A stretch of DNA of 64,000 nucleotides from Planctomycetota bacterium (GTDB lineage: Bacteria; Planctomycetota; UBA1135; GCA-002686595), in assembly GCA_022446815.1 (NCBI GenBank), contig JAKVCD010000018.1, positions 211,908 through 275,907 on the forward strand, written 5' to 3'. Made by a program: the position numbers and the translations under genes. Positions 34,711 to 41,622 of the stretch are shown here, in pieces. Numbering within the stretch: position 1 is the stretch's first letter; each line of letters begins with the position of its first letter. Below the pieces are notes generated by a model. It had not been told where the DNA came from. It saw nothing but the letters and a program-made list of their open reading frames with translations, and ran no database searches.

Positions 34711-37017
34711 TCACGCGCTCCAGGTCAGCTCAATACCGTTCGTCAGGTTGAACTGAGCGCCACAGGCCGAGGTGGCCGGGTCACGGTACCAGACCTGGTA
34801 GCGCTTGACGTCACCAGCAGCGACTTGACCTTTGGTCGAGATGCTGATGTTGGTGTCGGCAGCGCCGCTTGCGTCAGGGAAGCGGACCTGGACTCGGATG
34901 ACCCCACCGCCAGCGCAGCGGAGGCCGTCACCAAACTGGATGCCGTCACCGCTTTGGATAGCGTTGTTGCCCTGGAAGAATAGACCGGGCTGGTTGGGCA
35001 GCAGCTGAGTCGCACTCAAGACGAGGGTGTCGTTTGAGATGCTCGTGTCACCAGAGCAGGTGAGCTTGCCACCGACGCCGGAGCCGTTAGCGCAACCTTC
35101 ACCGGTGGCGCCAGCGTTACCGCAGGGGCAAACCGTCGCGCCAGTGTCGTCGCCAGAGCAGTACACCGTGCAGGGGCCCGTCGGATCGCCTGCGATGATG
35201 CAGTCGAAGGTGCCCGCACCGATACCAGCGGCACTGAACGTACCGAACTGAATCAGGTAGGTGGTGTTGCTCGTGACGCTGAACTGCATCTCGGACTGAA
35301 GACCACAGACGTCGTCGTTGCAGGCCAGGATCGTGCCGGGGACCGGCGGGCAGGCGTTGGGCCATGCCGCGATCTTGGTGTCGAGCGTCGCGCCTCCGTT
35401 GCAGAGGGTGACGTCGGCGAGGCCGGTGGCATCAGCGGTCCATGAGAACCAGATGTCGTTGTTCACGGCGCTGGAGCCGAAGGCGTAGCACAGAGCTTCG
35501 TTTTGACCGTCGGTTCCAGTGGTCGCGGGGAGCGAGGCCGTGGAAGCGCCGGAGTTGTCGAAGTTGAAGGTGCCTTGACCAGAGATGGCGACCGGAGCCG
35601 AGCACTCGTCGTTCGGGTGCAAGACCGGCGGAGCGCCAGCAGAGATGTCTAGGGTGCCTTGGCCACCAGCGGCGCCAGGGAAGCTACCAACCTGCAGGAG
35701 GTAGGTGGTTCCGGTGGTCGCCGAGAAGTTGATCTCCGAGGTGAAGCCAGCGCAGCCAGTGAAGTCATCGTTGCAGGCCAGAGCGGAGCCCGCAGCCGGG
35801 CAGCCACCGCTGGGGTAAGCAGCGAGCTTAGTGTCATAGGCGGCGTTGTTGCACGTCGAGACGGTCGCGTTGCCGGTGAAGTCAGACGTCCAGTCGAACC
35901 AGATGTCGTTATCAACCGCGGAGGAGCCGAAGTCGTAGCAGATGTACTCGTTCTGCCCTTCGGCGCCGGTCGTCGCCAGGGTCGTGTCGTAGGTGAACTG
36001 GCCTTGGCCCGCGAGGGGGTCAGGGCTGCTGCAGTCGTCGTTACCTGACGGCGGCGCGAGGCCGTTGATGTCAAGGTTGCCGGTACCGCCGGTGGCGCCA
36101 GGGAAGGTGCCGACCTGGATCGTGTAGACCGAGCCAGAGGTGGCCGCGAGGATGACGCTCGACTGCAGGGCGCAGTTGTCATCGTTGCAGGCCAAAACTG
36201 CACCAGCGCTCGGGCAGCCGGCGCCGGGGTAGACACCGATCTTGGTGTCGACGGTGGTGGCGCCGCAGGTCCCGATGCTCACGCTCTCGGATGCAGGGGC
36301 TGTCCACTCGAACCAGACGTCGTTGTCGACCGCGGAGGAGCCGAACGCGTAGCAAGCGTACTCGTTCTGACCCTCAGCGCCGGTGGTGGCGAAGCTGTTG
36401 TCGAAGGCGTAGCTGCCGTAGCCGCTGATCGCGTCAGCGCTGGCGCAGTCGTCGTTACCGCCGCCTCCGCCGCCGCCGCCGCCGCCGCCGCTCTCACTGA
36501 CGTTGATGGTGCCGGTTCCGCCAGCTGAGCCGGGGAAGTTGCCGACCTGGATCAGGTAGCTCGTCGATGCCGTGCAAGGGAACGAGATCTGCGACTGAAG
36601 GCCGCAGGTGTCGTCGTTGCAGGCGATAGAAGAGCCGGCCGCGGGGCAAGCACCGCCAGGGTAGGCAGCGATCTTGGTGTCGAGGGTGTTTCCGCAGGTG
36701 TCGACGAGAGCTGTGCCGGTCGTCGCTGCGGTCCACTCGAACCAAACATCGTTGTCGATGGCGGAGGAGCCGAACGCGTAGCAGGCGTACTCGTTCTGGC
36801 CTTCAGCGCCGCTTGTAGCCGCCGAGTTGTTGAAGTTGAAGGTGCCAGCGCCAGAGATGGCAACGGGCGTATTGCAGTCATCGCTGCCACCAACCGAAGC
36901 GTTGATGGTAGTCATCATCATCGCCTTCGTCTTACTGGTTGGTTTTTGGGCCGGCTGCTGGGCGTTCGCGGAGCTCGCGCCGATCAGCAGACATGCGGCC
37001 AAGATGGAAAATTTCAT
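34711..37017 (-). CDS. Secreted Cys-rich protein C: four tandem modules plus the shared C-terminal domain
   Basis: Signal peptide MKFSILAACLLIGASSANAQ and a Q/P/K linker. Module boundaries lie near nt 36882, 36453, 36039 and 35610. A Gly11 linker follows module 1. The tail is 153 aa. Confidence 0.85.
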   Translation of the reverse strand: MKFSILAACLLIGASSANAQQPAQKPTSKTKAMMMTTINASVGGSDDCNTPVAISGAGTFNFNNSAATSGAEGQNEYACYAFGSSAIDNDVWFEWTAATTGTALVDTCGNTLDTKIAAYPGGACPAAGSSIACNDDTCGLQSQISFPCTASTSYLIQVGNFPGSAGGTGTINVSESGGGGGGGGGGGNDDCASADAISGYGSYAFDNSFATTGAEGQNEYACYAFGSSAVDNDVWFEWTAPASESVSIGTCGATTVDTKIGVYPGAGCPSAGAVLACNDDNCALQSSVILAATSGSVYTIQVGTFPGATGGTGNLDINGLAPPSGNDDCSSPDPLAGQGQFTYDTTLATTGAEGQNEYICYDFGSSAVDNDIWFDWTSDFTGNATVSTCNNAAYDTKLAAYPSGGCPAAGSALACNDDFTGCAGFTSEINFSATTGTTYLLQVGSFPGAAGGQGTLDISAGAPPVLHPNDECSAPVAISGQGTFNFDNSGASTASLPATTGTDGQNEALCYAFGSSAVNNDIWFSWTADATGLADVTLCNGGATLDTKIAAWPNACPPVPGTILACNDDVCGLQSEMQFSVTSNTTYLIQFGTFSAAGIGAGTFDCIIAGDPTGPCTVYCSGDDTGATVCPCGNAGATGEGCANGSGVGGKLTCSGDTSISNDTLVLSATQLLPNQPGLFFQGNNAIQSGDGIQFGDGLRCAGGGVIRVQVRFPDASGAADTNISISTKGQVAAGDVKRYQVWYRDPATSACGAQFNLTNGIELTWSA
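34714..35172 (-). other. Shared C-terminal domain (copy in C)
   Basis: YCSGDDTGATVCPCGNAGATGEGCANGSGVGGKL..TLVLSATQLLPNQPGLFFQGNNAI..FGDGLRCAGG..RYQVWYRD..C..FNLTNGIELTWSA. Confidence 0.8.
35173..36882 (-). repeat. Intragenic tandem array of 4 coding modules of 138-146 aa
   Basis: Same module consensus as in B. Two subtypes are interleaved: NDD.CG[LF]QS and NDD..GC.GFTSE. Confidence 0.9.
36457..36489 (-). repeat. Trinucleotide tract encoding Gly11
   Basis: Plus strand reads acc gcc gcc tcc then (gcc)x7, with the perfect (GCC)7 at 36469-36489. It forms the linker between modules 1 and 2 of C. Confidence 0.9.
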
Positions 37018-37371
37018 GGGGAACTCTCCGATGGAGTTGGATTCCTGTGTGTGAAGTTTGGGTTCTAGAACGTGCAGACGCCTTTTGTTGCGTGGGGACC
37101 CGCTAAGGTGACCTCACACGGCATCTGCATAGGCTGAATGATATCCCCAGAAGACGATTCGTGGGAGTAGGTAATGGGGGATCCCTAAAACCACTGCAAC
37201 TACGGTTAAAACCACCTACAAAGCAACTTCTTGGTGCGTGTAAACCCGGTCTTACCCCGTCAGACGAGGCCAGCGACCTCTAGGTGCCGTTGTATGTCAA
37301 TTATTTCGTAATAACGGGCTTTATGAGTACGCAGGGGCTGTTCCTACTCGATGAGGGCTTGGCAGTTGGCC

Positions 37372-39120
37372 TCAAAGATCGAAGAAGAATCGATGTACCC
37401 AATCCGGGCGACTGAAGTCCCAGCTGCGCTCGGCGACGTCGGCCACGAGCAGTGGATAGAGGTCTTCGATCGCCCTTGTGACTTCCTGAGGGAGATTTAG
37501 AGCAGCGGAATACGAGTCGAGCGCCGATCTCTCATGCGCTCTAAGCTCGCCTCCGACGCCCTCGAGGAGGCGCCATGCGTGACCTGGCTTGATCCCCGCC
37601 TCTTGCTTCCGCTCATGGATGACAAGGTGCAGGAGGTCGAAGAGCGGTAAGTCCTGCGACTCTGTTGAGCCCCAGTCGAGGTAGCCGAGGACGTGCCCCT
37701 CACTATCGACCTGCACATGCTTGCTCCGCAGGTCGCCATGAGTGCGGACTAAGGGGAAGACCTTCCCTAAGAGCGCCTCGCGAGCACGCCATTCCATCTC
37801 TCGCAGGGCGGCGATCGTGCCAGGCTCTCGCGCCCTCTCAATGACTCGCCGAGCACGCTCGCTGATGAGCCGCTCACAGTCTCGCTCTGTGAAGGGCTCA
37901 GGAGGGCGCGTAGTCAGCGTGGAGAAGTGCTCAGCCACGTCTTGGAGCATGTGTCCAACGCGAAGATGATCTCCGCAGATCTGCCCAGCGGTGAGGCCGG
38001 GCAACCGCTCTTCAGCTGAGTACCAGATGCCTTCAGCCATCACTGCCCCGAAGGAGCGAGGGATGGGGAGCTCTGGATGTTCATCTCGAAGCTCGGAGAG
38101 CGCGGCCAAGTGTCGCTTTACGTGGCGCTTCTGGAAGGCCTCCATGGGAACGTGTAGCGCGAGCTCTCTCTCTCCACCTGTGAGTATGAGAGCGTTGCTC
38201 CCGCGTGTGTTGACGAGGTGTTCAAGGGCGGGAACATGCGCCTCATCTGACCCTAAGACCTCTCGTGTCAGGAGTTCTGCGAGGGTGCGCTGGAGCCTCG
38301 CACGAGGCTTATGCGCGATGAGAGCATACGAGGGCGTCAAGTGGGGGAAGAGTCCTAGTGAGTTCGCCAGGACCTTCAGACGGTTCGCGCGCTCTTTTGG
38401 ACCTAGCGGTAAGGTCGGCCCGGCGTCTCCAAGAGAGACGCAAAAGGTGAAGTCCCGTGAGTCGGGATAGAGCGCATGGGGTCGCAGCCCGACGAGCCCA
38501 GCGCGCTTGAGGGCGGACGTGTGCTCTGCGAGGGATCTCCCCTCACCCGAGAAGAGGCTCTTGAGGTATTCGCCAGGCCTCCTGAGCTCGAACTCTCCAT
38601 GCACTCCTGTGGAGCGTTTGTAGCCATAGCGGTTGTCAGCGATGAGGACGACTTCGCCGCGTGAGACTCGCGCGAGCTCTGCCTCATTCACGGACATGGA
38701 CTGGTCACAAACCACCAAGTCAAAGCTCTCGTCCTCGTGGGGCAGGCGCCTGGCCCCCTCGGAGCGCTCGGTTTGCATGGGGAGCTTCAAACCGCGCGCT
38801 CTGGCGTCTGCGAAGGCCAAGCGGCCTCTGCTCTCATCGCGCAGGGTCACCTCCCACCCGAGGAACGCTAGACCGGCACCTACGCCAGAGAATGCGTTTC
38901 CGATAATGAGCGCGCGTCCAGCGCGAGTGCGTAACAGCGGTAGCCAAGCAGCCCTGCTGTGGCGCAGGAGGAGCATCAAGTGCTCTGCACGCTGAAGCGG
39001 CAAGGAGCAGAGGAGCTCCTCGAGGGATTCCCTGAAGTCAGCTCCATCCTCTGAGCGCTCTAGGAAGCGGTCGAGGTCGCCGGCCTCTAGGGGCCAAGGG
39101 GGATATCTGTCAGCAGGCAT
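37372..39120 (-). CDS. Fusion protein: N-terminal class-I methyltransferase-like domain plus C-terminal aminoglycoside/choline-kinase-type phosphotransferase (APH) domain
   Basis: N-terminal ALIIGNAFSGVGAGLAFLGWEVTLRDES...FDLVVCDQ has a Rossmann/SAM-MTase-like layout. The C-terminal half has HGDLRSKHVQVD (Brenner-type HGD.....N-like) and YLDWG (DxG-like). Confidence 0.6.
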   Translation of the reverse strand: MPADRYPPWPLEAGDLDRFLERSEDGADFRESLEELLCSLPLQRAEHLMLLLRHSRAAWLPLLRTRAGRALIIGNAFSGVGAGLAFLGWEVTLRDESRGRLAFADARARGLKLPMQTERSEGARRLPHEDESFDLVVCDQSMSVNEAELARVSRGEVVLIADNRYGYKRSTGVHGEFELRRPGEYLKSLFSGEGRSLAEHTSALKRAGLVGLRPHALYPDSRDFTFCVSLGDAGPTLPLGPKERANRLKVLANSLGLFPHLTPSYALIAHKPRARLQRTLAELLTREVLGSDEAHVPALEHLVNTRGSNALILTGGERELALHVPMEAFQKRHVKRHLAALSELRDEHPELPIPRSFGAVMAEGIWYSAEERLPGLTAGQICGDHLRVGHMLQDVAEHFSTLTTRPPEPFTERDCERLISERARRVIERAREPGTIAALREMEWRAREALLGKVFPLVRTHGDLRSKHVQVDSEGHVLGYLDWGSTESQDLPLFDLLHLVIHERKQEAGIKPGHAWRLLEGVGGELRAHERSALDSYSAALNLPQEVTRAIEDLYPLLVADVAERSWDFSRPDWVHRFFFDL

Positions 39121-39301
39121 AAGTCAGGGTGAGCATGGCAACTCCTCCAGCGAAACCTATCCCACGGTGAACAGCCCCGTGAAAATATGATCAGCGCGCA
39201 CCGTGGGCCCCTGTGCTGGCGGCCACGTGATGAGAAAAACCTATTAGCTGCTTCGGAATCGCTCTCTCGGCCTCTCTGTCTGTCAAAGACACCAACACTT
39301 T

Positions 39302-40078
39302 GTGAAGCAGATGGAAAGACCCACAGGAACGCGCGCCCCTAGCGGCCGCATCGGCTTAGTCGTGCCGAGCTCGAACACGACCATGGAGACAGAGCTGCCG
39401 GAGATGTTCAGGCGGATGACATGTGAAGGCCATCCATCGCTCACAGTGCACTCCTCTCGGATGCGGATGCGGACCGTTAGCCCTGAGGAGCTCCTCAAGA
39501 TGGATGCGCAGGCGGACCGCTGTGTGGAAGAGCTCGCGGACGCTGAGGTCGATGCTGTGGCATACGCTTGCCTCGTAGCGGTGATGAGCCAAGGGCCTGA
39601 GTATGCGGCGGAGCTCGAGCGCAGACTCGAAGCAAGGATGGGTGAGAACAGCGCGCCCGTGATCACCAGCGCCGGGGCGCTAACCGAGGCGCTAGGGCAC
39701 TTGGGGGCGAGGCGCGTGAGCCTGATCGCTCCTTATCTTCCGGAGTTGACCGAGAAGGTCGTCTACGGGATTGAGTGTGAAGGGGTCGAGGTCGTCGATG
39801 CAATCTCACTCGGGATCACAGACAACGTCGCCGTTGGCAGGCGCTCACCCATGGAGCTGATCGAGGAGTCGAAGCGCCTTGATGTGGCCGGCGTGGACGC
39901 AGTGATCTTGTCTGCATGTGTTCAGATGCCCTCGCTCGCCGCGGTGCCGCTGGTGGAGGCCGCGCTCGGAGTCCCAGTGATCAGCGCGGCCACTGCGACA
40001 GTCTTCTCGCTCCGCCAGCGCTTTGGTTGGGATGCCCCTGTGAGCGGCGCAGGTCAGCTGTTGGAGGGGGAAAGATGA
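39302..40078 (+). CDS. Asp/Glu/hydantoin racemase superfamily protein, maleate cis-trans isomerase / arylmalonate decarboxylase-like
   Basis: RIGLVVPSSNTTME.E, the first Cys box AVAYACLVA, ITSAGA, LIAPY, and the second Cys box VILSACVQMPS. GTG start at 39302 or ATG at 39311. Confidence 0.65.
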   Translation: MKQMERPTGTRAPSGRIGLVVPSSNTTMETELPEMFRRMTCEGHPSLTVHSSRMRMRTVSPEELLKMDAQADRCVEELADAEVDAVAYACLVAVMSQGPEYAAELERRLEARMGENSAPVITSAGALTEALGHLGARRVSLIAPYLPELTEKVVYGIECEGVEVVDAISLGITDNVAVGRRSPMELIEESKRLDVAGVDAVILSACVQMPSLAAVPLVEAALGVPVISAATATVFSLRQRFGWDAPVSGAGQLLEGER

Positions 40079-40779
40079 GACCTCTCACCCTCGGAGCGGA
40101 GCTCACTACCGGGCTCATCATCGACCACCTCCGGCGCGCGCCCGTCCTCTTGCAGCTGCCACAGGTCTACACCCTCCTCGCGCCAGCGACAGCAGCCGGT
40201 GCAGCCTCCCTCGACGCGATGAAGCGACGCCTGCCTGGCAAGAACTACGGGACCGCCGCAGGAGATCTCCACGCCTTCTGGGAGATGATCCGCACAGATG
40301 AGCTGCCTGTAGGGGTGGACTCTTCGCTCACGCTTGAGGCGACGCGTGATGTCTTCTATCGCTGCATGATCGGTGATGAGCGCTCGCAGACAAAGTTCGT
40401 CCGACGCGGCAGCCACCAGACCTTGGTCCTGGGCGGCGCAGCTCGGGAGTTGATGCGTGAGATCGAGCGAGCCTTCGCAGCGGACGCAGAGCCAGAGCTC
40501 TTCTGTGGTCACTCGTTCAGCGCGCCGCTCATCACAAGCTGCAACATCAGCGGAGATCCGCTGGGTTCGATCACGGATGAGGCGCGCGCGCGGGAGTTCA
40601 TACGAGCACGCGGAGTCGGCCTATGGGTGCAGAGTCCGGAAGAGTGCGCGGAGCGTGGCTCGTATCCCATCCTCGAGCTCGCTAGGGATGGCGTGCGCGT
40701 AGGGCGAGAGGGACCTGGGCTCGAGCGCATCTTGCGTAGCATCCCCGCTGACTCTCCACGCGTAAGAGACGTCGGGTGA
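40075..40779 (+). CDS. YrdC/Sua5-like domain protein (tentative)
   Basis: ATGA overlap with the upstream stop. PQVYTLLA...A...+ K.R, then LITSCNISGDP...........GVGLWV......GSYPILEL...GV.V.REGPG resemble the YrdC-fold TVYGL / SAN.SG.P / STI+ pattern. Confidence 0.45.
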   Translation: MRPLTLGAELTTGLIIDHLRRAPVLLQLPQVYTLLAPATAAGAASLDAMKRRLPGKNYGTAAGDLHAFWEMIRTDELPVGVDSSLTLEATRDVFYRCMIGDERSQTKFVRRGSHQTLVLGGAARELMREIERAFAADAEPELFCGHSFSAPLITSCNISGDPLGSITDEARAREFIRARGVGLWVQSPEECAERGSYPILELARDGVRVGREGPGLERILRSIPADSPRVRDVG

Positions 40780-40898
40780 GCGCGAAATAGCCAGAGCGTG
40801 AATGAAGAGGCGGAGCCCGGTTTACCCGGACCCCGCCTTCTCTCTCTGGGGTCCTCCGCAATGGAGTGCAAAGCGAAGGAGGCTGTTGTGTGTACGTG

Positions 40899-41399
40899 TT
40901 AGATCGGCCGGCGGATGCGACGCCGGAGGTCTGTGACCTCATCGACGACCGGATCCTCGGACGGGGGGGGGACGCCGACGTCGAGCGCCCTCGCGCATGA
41001 CGGGAGCGAGACGTGGGACGCGATGGACGGAGGCAGGAGCGTGCCAGACGCCTCGGCGCTCTCGAGCTCACCTGATTGGGCGTAGACCAAGACTTGTCCA
41101 GGGCTCTGGAGCGCGAGCGCGCCAGTGCTTTGAAGCTGACCTCTGTTGAGGCTTGTGATCTCCATCCAATGCTCACTGATGCTTCGAGCAGGGAAGCGGA
41201 AAGCGAGGGTGCCTTTTGCGGGGACCGCGAGGTGTAGGACAGCGCTGCGGTCTGAGCTCGCGAAGCTCACAACGAGGGTGCCCATCGAGTGGTTCTTTGC
41301 CTCGAGGGTGTGCTCAGTGATCTCGCAGCTGAAGATGGGCGCTTGGGGGGCCGCCTCAGGGGCTGCCGCGAGTGAGAGGAGGAGGCTGGGGATGAGCAT
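40899..41399 (-). CDS. Small secreted hypothetical protein, last gene of the ECF-CHAT operon
   Basis: The internal ATG at 41399 gives a signal-like N-terminus MLIPSLLLSLAAAPEAAPQAP. The body is beta-rich. No family recognised. Confidence 0.5.
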   Translation of the reverse strand: MLIPSLLLSLAAAPEAAPQAPIFSCEITEHTLEAKNHSMGTLVVSFASSDRSAVLHLAVPAKGTLAFRFPARSISEHWMEITSLNRGQLQSTGALALQSPGQVLVYAQSGELESAEASGTLLPPSIASHVSLPSCARALDVGVPPPSEDPVVDEVTDLRRRIRRPI

Positions 41400-41622
41400 T
41401 TGGTCTTCCTTCTTGGCGGGGACTTGTTCCCCCGGGAAGACAGGTATCGACATCATGGGGCTAGCGCTTGAGAGAGCTAGAGCCCGACCCCGCATGCGGG
41501 ACTGCAGGGGGACCTCAGGGTCTACAGCTCCCATTTGTGCGGTTTTATCGCTACATGTAGAGTCTTAAGCTACTGTTTAGCAGGTGCTTACGCCTGCATC
41601 CCCTGTCGTCGTAGCTTGGGGC

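Noticed and set aside
32013-36882. Whether the regular periodic repeats could be a CRISPR array or non-coding satellite
   Set aside because: The period is ~400-430 nt. The units are in frame with conserved amino-acid motifs and no unique spacers. No cas genes are present. These are coding tandem domains.
40808-40837. Imperfect hairpin between the convergent YrdC-like gene and the small secreted-protein gene, considered as a terminator
   Set aside because: The stem has mismatches and bulges and there is no U-tract on either strand. This is too weak to report as a feature.
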